Position numbers and translations under genes: made by a program
Shown: piece by piece, positions 1-8,605 of the stretch
Layout: every line of letters begins with the position of its first letter
How positions within the stretch are numbered: the first letter of the stretch is position 1
DNA from: Deltaproteobacteria bacterium
GTDB taxonomy: Bacteria; Desulfobacterota; Syntrophobacteria; BM002
DNA length: 64,000 bases
Reading direction: 5' to 3'
NCBI GenBank assembly: GCA_022340745.1
Contig: JAJDNL010000133.1
Span: 5,315-69,314, forward strand
The notes under the pieces: model-generated
What the model saw: only the letters and a program-made list of their open reading frames with translations
Told to the model about the DNA's origin: nothing
Database searches by the model: none

Positions 1-2948
1 GTATCTTGTAGCGCTTGGCGATTTTTAGCTACCAGGGCCTGGAATTTCTTGAGGCAGCGAAGAACATACCCAGGAATTGTCTCCCCGGCGTGAGTGTCTT
101 TTGTCGGTTTGATTCTGTCAAGCTCCCAAAACTCGGTAAGAATGCGACGGCCAACACTTGGGCAGTGTTCGTGGATGATCTCCAAGGTGTCAAAAACTCG
201 TTGAGGCAGAAAAAGCTTCTGGGCAAAAAGTTCTTGGAGGCGAGAACAATAAAATTCGATTTCGGTTTTCAGCTGAGCCAATGATTCGGTGTCCATCCCT
301 GTTTCTTGGGTGAGCTTTTGCAGGTGTTGGTCGTAGCTGTATAGTTCCCGGAAGAGTCGATCGGTCTCTCTTAGCTCAGAGATAGGAATCTCAGGAATCA
401 AGCGGTTGCGAACGGACTGGAGGATAGGCTCCATTTTTATGAGGTTATCCATTACATCGATGAAGATGACTTCTGTGGTCTGATTCTGTGCGTTGTAGCG
501 AAGCTGAATGCCGCTGGTAAAAATAAAGGCTGGCAGTCCTTGGGAAAGTGTCTTCCTGATGCTCGTCAGGTAGTTAAAATGGAGTTGCTCAGGTACCAGA
601 GCTTCCAGTCCCTCCTTTACCTTCGCCAGTCCTTCTTCGCTGTCATGACGTTCGTAGCTGAGAAGTGGGTTAAAATTGATGACATTTCCCGGCGAGGCGC
701 TGATGGTGATCCAGAGAAGAATAAATCCCGCTCGGGTACCAAGCATTGGAAATATGTGGCCGGTGCCGTGGAACTGGCAGTTGAGCAATTTCCGAAAGAA
801 GTATGGCCGGCTGAAAAGTTCGCGCTCATAGAAGCGCTCCTTGAATTCGTTGGTAATACTGATGAGCGCTATTACTTGATCAATCTGTTCCAGCTTCTTG
901 GAACTGTAGTGGGCCAGGGCCTCCTTTTGAAATGGGCCCTTGTCTGCAATATCAGTCCAAGAATCTAAATATTCAAAGAGATTAAAGAGCTTGAGCATCT
1001 GGCGGACGGCCAAGTTCTGCGCCCCACCCAGGTCTGCGATCTTCTGGTCATGAAGGATTTCCCAATCCAGCAGCGGATCAGCGGCTATCCAGATGGCCTG
1101 ATCATAGAGGCTGAAAAGCTCTTTTCCCTGTTCCTTGGTGAGTTTGTCGCGCAGTGAGGCGGCAATTTCTGACATGCTCAACAAACGAATGATTCTGAGC
1201 AAATCAGCCACCTCCTCCAAACTCTTGTGTTTGGCTTGGTCAGTGATTGACTTCAGGGTTTTTTCAGGGAGTTTCCCAAAGGTGATTCGCCCCATCGTGG
1301 TGTGACCTACCACAATCAGGTAAATTTCCCTGAGGAGGGCCGGTGGTAAACCAAGAAGCGACAACTTCTCGATGTTTTCCAAGACCTTTGTACGGGGTCC
1401 CTCGATGGCGTCAGGGTTGAGGAGTTTTTCCAACCTGCCCAGGCGACTGGTCTGCTTCATCAACTTTTTCACGTGGTTGAAGGCACGGTATCTATTTTTC
1501 GGGGCCTCGAAGGGATTATGCAGCCGGTTTAGCTCGAGTTCGGACAATCGGCCGAATCGCTTCTCGCGGATTTCCTCCAGCATCTGCAGCACCGCATAGA
1601 CATAGTCGAAAGTGTTCTTGTAGTCCGCCACCAGGGCAAGAGAACATCCGGCCATGCCACTAAGCCGCTCTTCTTGCTCTAGTCGCTCGAGGAGTAGCGA
1701 GGGTTCACGCTTGCGACCAACGTAGATCTGCAGGTTGTCCGGAAGCTCTCCTTCGACGATATAGTTTCTCTCCCAGTTTCTCTTCAGTGATGGGGACAGC
1801 TTGGAATGGCAGGTACTTTTTAGAAAGAATGGTTTCAATACCCTGTCCCATCTGGCCTCCAAATCAACGGGCTTGGCACTGGAGATTTTTAAATCCAACC
1901 GAGGCAAACGGTCAATTTGCTCTACGGTAAGCTGCATCAGATCCTGTTCGCCAACGATTTTTTTCAAATCCTCGCGGTAGACGAAAATTCCGCTTAGGTA
2001 ATTGTAAAAATCTGAAAGATGGACCCGAAGGAGACTGCCGCTCTTGCCACGGTATCTCTTTTTGGAACGAAACACATGGGTAAAAAGGAGGAAATTTCGC
2101 AAATCAGTCGGGTTCAGAAATTCCACCCAGACCTCTTCATTGGTGCGGGGAAACTGTCTGCTGGCAATAATGCAGAGTTCGCAATCGGCCACTAGAAGGT
2201 CATAGATCTTGCCAGCCACATACGTACCGTGGGTGATGAAGGTTTTCTGGGTTAGCCTCGGGCCAGTCAATCCCTGAATGGACAAGGACAAGAGCAGATC
2301 ATCCATGTCTTGCGGGATAACAATGAGATCGAATGGTCCACTGGCCTCACGGAGCATTTCTACAGAGTCGATAATCACAAATTCCTGCGCCGCCATTCTA
2401 CCGGTGATCTCATGCACAATGAGGTCGTTGGGAGCTGTGAGGAGGACGACATTGAGCTTTTCTTTCTTGCGGCGATGAGCTTGCTCGAGGAGGACTCGCT
2501 CGATCTCATCCACTTTGTCTTTGATGTCTTCCAAGGAGTGAGACAGCCAATTTATTGGAATGAGAAAGTAACGCTTCCCGTGTTTGCTGAACCGCATCAA
2601 TAACCCCAGTTTCCGGTATATGCTATTGATACGGCGGTAGTTTTTCCTGAGGATCTTTGGGTCGCCAAGATCCACGCTTTCAAGAAAGTCAAGCTCTCCG
2701 ACTCCCAATTTATCCTGCAGTTCCATGATGCCAAGGCCGTAGGCGTTACCGCCATAGCGACTGGCAAGGAAAGGGGGATGATCTTCAGCCACAAATGTAC
2801 CCACGGGAATATCTTGAGGGTCGATTCCCAAGGAGGCGAAATTCTCGGGCCGGACGATGCGGTAGGAAATATCGAAGGTATGAATACGATCGGGTAGCGG
2901 TGGGCCGGCTGGTAAGCTAGAAGATGGGGTTTCGCTCTTAAGGCTCAT
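1..2948 (-). CDS. large multidomain hypothetical protein, N-terminal ~980 aa (C-terminus lies beyond window start)
   Basis: Uninterrupted minus-strand frame from ATG 2948..2946 (alternative in-frame ATG 2984..2982) to position 1. Absent from ORF track because it runs off the edge. Hand translation of several segments is coherent (MSLKSETPSS..DRIHTFDISYRIV..; ..LNVVLLTAPNDLIVHEITG..FDLIVIPQDMDDL.., receiver-like but no phospho-Asp context; ..GMAGCSLALVADYKNTFDYVYAVLQMLEEIREK..). No family recognised. Confidence 0.6.
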   Translation of the reverse strand, partial: MSLKSETPSSSLPAGPPLPDRIHTFDISYRIVRPENFASLGIDPQDIPVGTFVAEDHPPFLASRYGGNAYGLGIMELQDKLGVGELDFLESVDLGDPKILRKNYRRINSIYRKLGLLMRFSKHGKRYFLIPINWLSHSLEDIKDKVDEIERVLLEQAHRRKKEKLNVVLLTAPNDLIVHEITGRMAAQEFVIIDSVEMLREASGPFDLIVIPQDMDDLLLSLSIQGLTGPRLTQKTFITHGTYVAGKIYDLLVADCELCIIASRQFPRTNEEVWVEFLNPTDLRNFLLFTHVFRSKKRYRGKSGSLLRVHLSDFYNYLSGIFVYREDLKKIVGEQDLMQLTVEQIDRLPRLDLKISSAKPVDLEARWDRVLKPFFLKSTCHSKLSPSLKRNWERNYIVEGELPDNLQIYVGRKREPSLLLERLEQEERLSGMAGCSLALVADYKNTFDYVYAVLQMLEEIREKRFGRLSELELNRLHNPFEAPKNRYRAFNHVKKLMKQTSRLGRLEKLLNPDAIEGPRTKVLENIEKLSLLGLPPALLREIYLIVVGHTTMGRITFGKLPEKTLKSITDQAKHKSLEEVADLLRIIRLLSMSEIAASLRDKLTKEQGKELFSLYDQAIWIAADPLLDWEILHDQKIADLGGAQNLAVRQMLKLFNLFEYLDSWTDIADKGPFQKEALAHYSSKKLEQIDQVIALISITNEFKERFYERELFSRPYFFRKLLNCQFHGTGHIFPMLGTRAGFILLWITISASPGNVINFNPLLSYERHDSEEGLAKVKEGLEALVPEQLHFNYLTSIRKTLSQGLPAFIFTSGIQLRYNAQNQTTEVIFIDVMDNLIKMEPILQSVRNRLIPEIPISELRETDRLFRELYSYDQHLQKLTQETGMDTESLAQLKTEIEFYCSRLQELFAQKLFLPQRVFDTLEIIHEHCPSVGRRILTEFWELDRIKPTKDTHAGETIPGYVLRCLKKFQALVAKNRQALQD

Positions 2949-2987
2949 AAGTAAACCATTCCCAAAAAACTCAATTATATACATTTT

Positions 2988-3174
2988 GGATGTGAGATCT
3001 GGGATCTATGCATTCAGGAATTGCGAATTAAGGGATTAAGGAATTGAGTTTGGTCTCGAAAATCCCTGAATTCTTCGCGCTCGCTGCGCTCCGCTCAGTC
3101 CCCACACTTTCAGGGCGGGGCCCCGGTTTCCTCAATCCCTAAATTCCTGAATTTGAATCTCACATCCCAGATCT
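2988..3174. repeat. ~187 bp imperfect palindromic word-repeat element (GATGTGAGAT / ATCTCACATC, ATTCAGGAATT..AGGGATT arms) in leader of the large gene
   Basis: Left arm ggatgtgagatctgggatctatgcattcaggaattgcgaattaagggattaaggaattgag. Right arm ctcaatccctaaattcctgaatttgaatctcacatcccagatc is its approximate reverse complement. Related words recur at 27376..27460 and 45875..45900. Confidence 0.6.
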
Positions 3175-3223
3175 TCATCGCTTGGTATCTTGGCGATGAA
3201 GGGCTTGCAAGAAACACCTCACT

Positions 3224-3862
3224 TTACTTGGGCCCTTTCGCATTACCCAACCCATGTCGAGCCTTGAGGCGCAACAAGCCCGGGCTCCGGTGAAGGTACA
3301 TCAGGGGGCTGTCGAAACCAGCTGCGACGAAGTAGGCCTCCAACTCATCAAAAAGTACCGGTCGAGTCGGCCAGGTATATCGACGTTCTCGTTGACGGAG
3401 TGTTTTCCACTGGGAGTTCAAGGCCTCGTTGTTGTCGAGCACGAGGTTCCTGGCGTGCTCGCAGAGAAACATCTCGCAGACAATGGGTTTGGCCCGCCAG
3501 AGACAACCTGTGTTATGCAAATAGACACAATTCGATCCACCTGTGTCTGTGTCGAGAGTATCCAGCAAAACATCGATTTCTTGCTGGGTGGAAAGCAGCA
3601 CATTGACCACAACATCAGCAAAAAAGGTGATAATTCCTTCCCGACCACAACAAGCACTCGTAGAGCTCGTGAAGCATTTTGCCGAGCAGAGATCAGCAAA
3701 GTGCATCTCTTGAAAAGATGCTACAGCCTCTCGAAATACCAGGTACGAATTGATTCGTTGTTTCAGTCTGCGTAGTTGAGATACGGGAAGCCCCGACAGA
3801 TGCTGGCGCACCATGAGAAGGGCCTCCTCCTGTTGCTGATTGTATTCGCTCTTCACTGACAT
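3224..3862 (-). CDS. YkgJ-family cysteine-cluster protein (COG0727-like, putative Fe-S/zinc-binding)
   Basis: 212 aa. Motifs CSAKC..SACCG and CVYLHNTGCLWRAKPIVCEMFLCE resemble the YkgJ C..G.C.iY..RP..C..FPC signature. Confidence 0.5.
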   Translation of the reverse strand: MSVKSEYNQQQEEALLMVRQHLSGLPVSQLRRLKQRINSYLVFREAVASFQEMHFADLCSAKCFTSSTSACCGREGIITFFADVVVNVLLSTQQEIDVLLDTLDTDTGGSNCVYLHNTGCLWRAKPIVCEMFLCEHARNLVLDNNEALNSQWKTLRQRERRYTWPTRPVLFDELEAYFVAAGFDSPLMYLHRSPGLLRLKARHGLGNAKGPK

Positions 3863-4085
3863 TTTGTTTCTTCTAGTCCCAAGTGTGATTCATAGAATCC
3901 AGGAGTCAGAATCAAGAATTCAGGAGGCTTAGAGCAGAAGGCATAGATCATAGAGTAAAAAAAATCAGATTTCCCTCAGCCCCTGTTCCTTTCTTGCTTA
4001 GTGTCAGTGTTTAGTTCCTAGTTCCTAATTTTATTTGCGGCCCGCTGCCAGCTGCCAGCTATATTTCTCCATGCCTTGTGCCGTA

Positions 4086-4574
4086 TTATAACTCATAGAG
4101 CTTGTCATCCTTCCTGGGTGGAACCTTCCGGCGACCGGTCTTCTTTTGTCCTTGAAAAACCAGGGGATCTTCCTCTTCCAGTAAATCACCCATTTCTGCT
4201 TCAATCTGCTCAGGGTCTTCACCGGCCTCCATTCTTCGTAGGGCCTCTTCCATACCCGAACCCAACTCAAGACCCGTCATTTGAGTAAGCTTGCGCATCA
4301 ATTGGGCCGCCTGTTTTGGATCATCCTCATTGATGCGCTCAGCTTCACCGGCGAGAGCGGTCATGGCCTTCTCCAGTTTAGACTCATCAATGTCAGGGAG
4401 GCCATCGTCCTGATTCTCCTTAGCACCGCGAAGCACTGCGAAAGCGGACATCTGTCGATCCAGCTTCGAACGATTGCACCTGGGACAGTCCGGTATCTTT
4501 TCAGTATTGATTGTACGGGAGAAAAAGTTGAAAATCATGTGGCAATCCGGGCAATAGAATTCATAAATCGGCAT
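4086..4574 (-). CDS. FmdB-family zinc-ribbon protein
   Basis: N-terminus MPIYEFYCPDCHMIFNF...IPDCPRCN matches the FmdB/TIGR02605 zinc-ribbon signature (MPIYEY.C..C...F....CP.CG). Confidence 0.7.
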   Translation of the reverse strand: MPIYEFYCPDCHMIFNFFSRTINTEKIPDCPRCNRSKLDRQMSAFAVLRGAKENQDDGLPDIDESKLEKAMTALAGEAERINEDDPKQAAQLMRKLTQMTGLELGSGMEEALRRMEAGEDPEQIEAEMGDLLEEEDPLVFQGQKKTGRRKVPPRKDDKLYEL

Positions 4575-4853
4575 AACAATGTACCTCCAGTCCTCTCTCC
4601 CAAATCACAATTAGGAATATTCGCTGTAGTCCTCTGCATTTGGTAAAGAATTTCAGCACAAAAGTCAACGGTAACCACGGATCAGCAAGCAGAAAACAGC
4701 GGACAGCAGGCAGCATGAGCTAGACTCGGAACATGGAGGCGCAGAGCTAAGGCCATTGCAGATTGTAGATTGCGGATTGCAGATTGTGTCAATCTAAAAT
4801 CTCAAATCTGAGATCAACAATCGCTAAAACTTCAATACTCCCAGGATGCTGCA

Positions 4854-4882
4854 TTGACTTGATGAACGATGTGACTTAGGAT
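4854..4882 (+). promoter_or_regulatory. sigma-70-like promoter for rdgB
   Basis: TTGACT (4854-4859), 17-nt spacer, TAGGAT (4877-4882). ATG of rdgB at 4921 preceded by GAGG. Confidence 0.45.
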
Positions 4883-4920
4883 AGCTACCTCCCATGATCA
4901 AACATTGAGGCGAGGTTTAT

Positions 4921-5565
4921 ATGGATCGAATACCATTGGTTATAGCCACGAGGAATAAGGGCAAAACCGAGGAGATCAGGGCGCTGCTGATCGATTTTCC
5001 TGTGGACATCAAGGATCTAGCTGACTTTGGGCCAACGCCGACAACCGAGGAGGATGGCGAAACATTTGAAGACAATGCAGTAAAAAAGGCGCGCTTCACC
5101 GCCAAGATTCTGGGATTACCTGCTCTTGCCGATGACTCTGGTCTGATGGTAGAAATTCTGGGCGGTGCTCCAGGAGTTCGGTCTGCCCGCTACGCAGGAG
5201 AAAACGCCAGCGATAAGGCAAATAACACCAAACTGCTCCAAGAACTTGAGAGTGCTGAAAATCGCAATGCCGCTTTTGCTTGTGTTATCGCTATAGCAGT
5301 TCCTTGGGGTCCGGCTCTCGTATACGAAGGACGCTGCGAAGGGATTATTACGAAAGAAGGGGTTGGAAGCCAGGGGTTCGGTTACGACCCGGTTTTTTAT
5401 TATCCACCGTTGGAAAAAACCTTCGCGCAACTCAATACCGAGGAGAAGAATCGGGTGAGTCATCGGGGACAGGCTCTGGGTCATTTACACGATGAGTTCG
5501 ATAAGGTACTAATCTGGCTGCGGCAAAGGCTGTTGGAGTCCGGCTGGCAGTGGTTGAAGGAATGA
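4921..5565 (+). CDS. rdgB: RdgB/HAM1 non-canonical purine NTP pyrophosphatase (dITP/XTP pyrophosphatase)
   Basis: 214 aa. VIATRNKGKTEEIRALL.. Ham1 signature, ..FGYDPVF.. Confidence 0.85.
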   Translation: MDRIPLVIATRNKGKTEEIRALLIDFPVDIKDLADFGPTPTTEEDGETFEDNAVKKARFTAKILGLPALADDSGLMVEILGGAPGVRSARYAGENASDKANNTKLLQELESAENRNAAFACVIAIAVPWGPALVYEGRCEGIITKEGVGSQGFGYDPVFYYPPLEKTFAQLNTEEKNRVSHRGQALGHLHDEFDKVLIWLRQRLLESGWQWLKE

Positions 5566-5615
5566 AAAAAGCCGACTCCCCACAGTGGAGTCGGCTTTTC
5601 TAGCGTCAGCGTATT

Positions 5616-5927
5616 CTAACAGCTGCAAGAACCGCAAGCGTCTGGTTGGGAAAGCGTTGAGGTAATAGAAAAACCCGAACAGTGAGCGTCTTCCATGTAA
5701 TCTACCTTTATGGGCTTAGCCTGATTCATTAAAGTGGTATCAACAAGATAGGTAAGACCGTCAAGTTCGACAACCTGATCTTTCTCGTTTGGCTCATCCA
5801 GAGCCATTCCCAATGAGGGGCCCCCTCAACCAACTTGGGAGACAAAAATACGAATTGCAGATTCGATCTCACGCTCTTCCAGGTACTCCTTCAGTTTCTC
5901 TGTCGCTTTTTCAGTAACCTCGATCAT
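5616..5927 (-). CDS. HesB/IscA-like A-type carrier selenoprotein (Sec encoded by in-frame UGA at 5828..5826)
   Basis: ORF track lists only the TTG-started 65-aa C-terminal fragment (5616..5813). The same frame continues upstream through TGA (5826..5828 on plus) to ATG 5927..5925, preceded by SD agagggag. Product: MIEVTEKATEKLKEYLEEREIESAIRIFVSQVG-U-GGPSLGMALDEPNEKDQVVELDGLTYLVDTTLMNQAKPIKVDYMEDAHCSGFSITSTLSQPDACGSCSC (103 aa). It aligns with IscA: the ..SGCSG.. first conserved Cys is replaced by U, DEP motif retained, C-terminal Cys pair retained. Confidence 0.75.
5791..5828 (-). other. UGA-Sec codon plus putative bacterial SECIS hairpin
   Basis: mRNA 3' of UGA reads GAGGGGGCCCCUCAUUGGGAAU-GGCUC-UGGAU-GAGCC. 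There is a perfect 5-bp stem with 5-nt G/U-containing loop (plus 5805..5791), about 20 nt downstream of UGA. A second GC palindrome lies directly after the UGA. Confidence 0.55.
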
Positions 5928-6233
5928 GCTGACTCCCTCTCTTTATTGATTTATCTGGTAATATATTCACTGCACAATTTTATGCCAGACTTTCTATTTT
6001 AAGGATCCTCTTCGTGGGTGTCAAGACCTCAGTGTAAGGTCTGGTACCCTTCCCAACCAAACACTCAAGAATCACAGTTACCCAATTTCTCTGGCTGTGG
6101 TTTGAGGCTGGGGAGATTGGCCAGATAAACCCCAAGCAGCAAAAGACGAGTCACCACGTAAAAGATGTTTCGCTCTCGGGATTAAGCATTTTCCAAGTGG
6201 AAACACAAAGTAAACCATGTTAAGAAAAGGGCC

Positions 6234-7415
6234 ATGGTCCGTTTTCTCATAACCTTCCTTTCCGTCTACGGCGCCGTCCATCTCTACTTGTTCCTGAAAG
6301 CGAGGGCCGCATTATCGCCTGGGGTTGGGCTCAGTCTAGTGATGGCGCTGTTTTTAGTGGCCATGGTGGTTGCGCCCATAGCCGTGCGGTTACTCGATCG
6401 TCACGGACTGCCTCTGGCTAGTCGCTATCTCGCCTATATTTGCTATACCTGGATGGGACTGCTCTTCTTTTTCTTCTGGATGAGTATTTGCCTGGATGTG
6501 TTCAATGTGAGCATGCGGATTTTGGCTTTCCTCCCGGGATCTGCCACCAGCCGTTTTGTCTGGACCGGGAAGAGTAGCTTTGTGTTTCTAACACTTGCTG
6601 TTGTCATGCTGGGAGTTTGGTCTGCATTGAGTGCCTGGCAGATTCGCTTGGATAGGGTTGTGCTGCACACCACAAAACTGCCTGCCGGCAAGAGCACGTT
6701 AACCATTGCGCAAATATCTGATGTACACTTGGGACTGATGGTGGGGGAGAAGAAAATATCCCGCATTATCAGGCTGTTGGAACGAGCTAAGCCGGACGTC
6801 CTGGTTTGCAGCGGTGATCTTGTAGATGCCCAGATGGAACGGTTCGACAACCTGGCAGCTATGTTGGCAAAGATAAAGGCCCCATTGGGGAAATTCGCCG
6901 TCATGGGCAATCATGAATTCTATGCAGGGGTTCGTCAAAGTGAGGGGTTTCTGAAGGCTGCGGGATTTAAACTGTTGCGGAATCAAGAGTATGGTCTAGA
7001 CGATCTATTTCGTATTGTGGGGATTGATGACCCTGTGGGAAGAAACCGCTATAAGGAAGAGGCTGCAGGCAACCAAAGCGAAAAAGATTTGCTTGCTCGT
7101 TCCAACTCACAAGTATTCACTATCTTGCTGAAACATCGACCGACGGTGGAGAGTGAATCCCTGGGACACTTTGATCTGCAATTGAGTGGCCACACTCATG
7201 GGGGGCAGATATTTCCTTTCAATCTGGTGGTACAACACTTCTACCCCAAACAGAACGGACTTTACCGTCTGGACAAAGGCAGTACACTCTATGTAAGCCG
7301 GGGGACCGGAACCTGGGGCCCGCCCATGCGTTTTCTTTCTCCTCCACAGGTAACACTTATTACACTCGAGAAGGTTGGAGATGGATCAGGTGGGCGCGAA
7401 AATGAGGTTCGTTAA
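6234..7415 (+). CDS. membrane-anchored metallophosphoesterase (calcineurin-like, YkuE-type)
   Basis: 393 aa. N-terminal TM helices, then GDLVD..MGNHEF..GHTHGGQ metallophosphatase motifs. Confidence 0.8.
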   Translation: MVRFLITFLSVYGAVHLYLFLKARAALSPGVGLSLVMALFLVAMVVAPIAVRLLDRHGLPLASRYLAYICYTWMGLLFFFFWMSICLDVFNVSMRILAFLPGSATSRFVWTGKSSFVFLTLAVVMLGVWSALSAWQIRLDRVVLHTTKLPAGKSTLTIAQISDVHLGLMVGEKKISRIIRLLERAKPDVLVCSGDLVDAQMERFDNLAAMLAKIKAPLGKFAVMGNHEFYAGVRQSEGFLKAAGFKLLRNQEYGLDDLFRIVGIDDPVGRNRYKEEAAGNQSEKDLLARSNSQVFTILLKHRPTVESESLGHFDLQLSGHTHGGQIFPFNLVVQHFYPKQNGLYRLDKGSTLYVSRGTGTWGPPMRFLSPPQVTLITLEKVGDGSGGRENEVR

Positions 7416-8434
7416 CGAATGATTTCCACGATATCAGTTCTCTTTACGGTAAAGCTGTACCTGCCACCAAAGCGGAAACTCTCAAGAGTGATAGAGCTGT
7501 CGTCTTCAGCAATGACCACACCTTTGTGGAGGGCGCCGTTTTTCATCTTGATATACACGGTGCTACCGACCAAGTAGTCTCTTTTCTTTTCAATACTCTT
7601 CTCAAGTTGTTGTTCCAATTTCTCGATAGAAACACCCGAGGTTGCCGAAGTGGCCCCATCACCATAACTGTCCACAATGGCGGTGTAATAGGGTTGCAGT
7701 TTTGCGAACTCTTGTTTCGAGGCTATCAGTCTAACGATAAAATACCTGTCAGGCTGATTCTCAAAAATGCTGATGGCCATACGTTTATCAGCCAGGGCTC
7801 CAGTTATTTGCGAGACATCGCGCTGGTTGAGCTGCTTGCTCTCTGCTTTGACCTTGGTATAGCCTCCTCTTTTCAGCGTATCTTTCAAGGCTTGGGCGTA
7901 ATTGTCCCCAACTTCTCTACTCCGAGTGTAGCACTTAAAGCTTGCTTTACTGTCGGGCGCTTGCAGACGAATGCCATGGATAATGCTATTTTCCGAATCC
8001 ACTTCACTTTGGCTCCAGTCAGTGGGAAAGGAAATATGGGAGCCATCCGGAAATGTAAGACTCTTCCAAGTGCTAACGTCAAGTTTGTTATCGGGAGCAG
8101 GCTTGGTCTTTTCGGCCACCTTTTTCGTTGGTTCCACCTGTTTTGGGGCTTCCTGCTTCGGAGCTGGAACAGGTGCTTGCTTCTCAGCAGGAGGTTTTTT
8201 CCTGGGTCCTCGAGCCTTTCTTACCTGCTCCACTGTAGGCTTGGCGGCAGCCCGTTTCTCAGGACCACTGGTAATATCCTTATACATTACAACCAGGAAG
8301 TAGATACCGTATCCCAGAACCATCACCCCGATTACCAGATAAAGCCCCAGAATGCGGTTTTTCCGGACATCTTCAGTGACAAATTTTTTCAGTCTCTGGA
8401 TGATCTCAGTGAGCTTGCCTGCCCGAGCTCCCAT
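7412..8434 (-). CDS. hypothetical membrane-anchored protein with Pro/Ala/Lys-rich linker
   Basis: 340 aa. One N-terminal TM helix, a PAK-rich low-complexity linker, and a globular C-terminal region. The antisense 314-aa ORF (7526..8470) looks like junk composition. Confidence 0.5.
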   Translation of the reverse strand: MGARAGKLTEIIQRLKKFVTEDVRKNRILGLYLVIGVMVLGYGIYFLVVMYKDITSGPEKRAAAKPTVEQVRKARGPRKKPPAEKQAPVPAPKQEAPKQVEPTKKVAEKTKPAPDNKLDVSTWKSLTFPDGSHISFPTDWSQSEVDSENSIIHGIRLQAPDSKASFKCYTRSREVGDNYAQALKDTLKRGGYTKVKAESKQLNQRDVSQITGALADKRMAISIFENQPDRYFIVRLIASKQEFAKLQPYYTAIVDSYGDGATSATSGVSIEKLEQQLEKSIEKKRDYLVGSTVYIKMKNGALHKGVVIAEDDSSITLESFRFGGRYSFTVKRTDIVEIIR

Positions 8435-8605
8435 GGTCTCAGCCTTCCGTTTAGCCCATCAGAACCATAATCTTGAAAGGTAGTGGTCAGTACAAAGTAT
8501 GAGCCTGCTCAATGTAACTCACTACGTGCCGGTCCAATCAATGATGGAAACAAGCAAAGAGCATGCCAGCCAGATGGCAAAATCTCATGGTTCGGGAAGC
8601 TTTGA

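Noticed and set aside
7526-8470. 314-aa plus-strand ORF
   Set aside because: Leu/Phe/Ser/Arg-rich junk composition. Antisense to a more protein-like minus-strand ORF.
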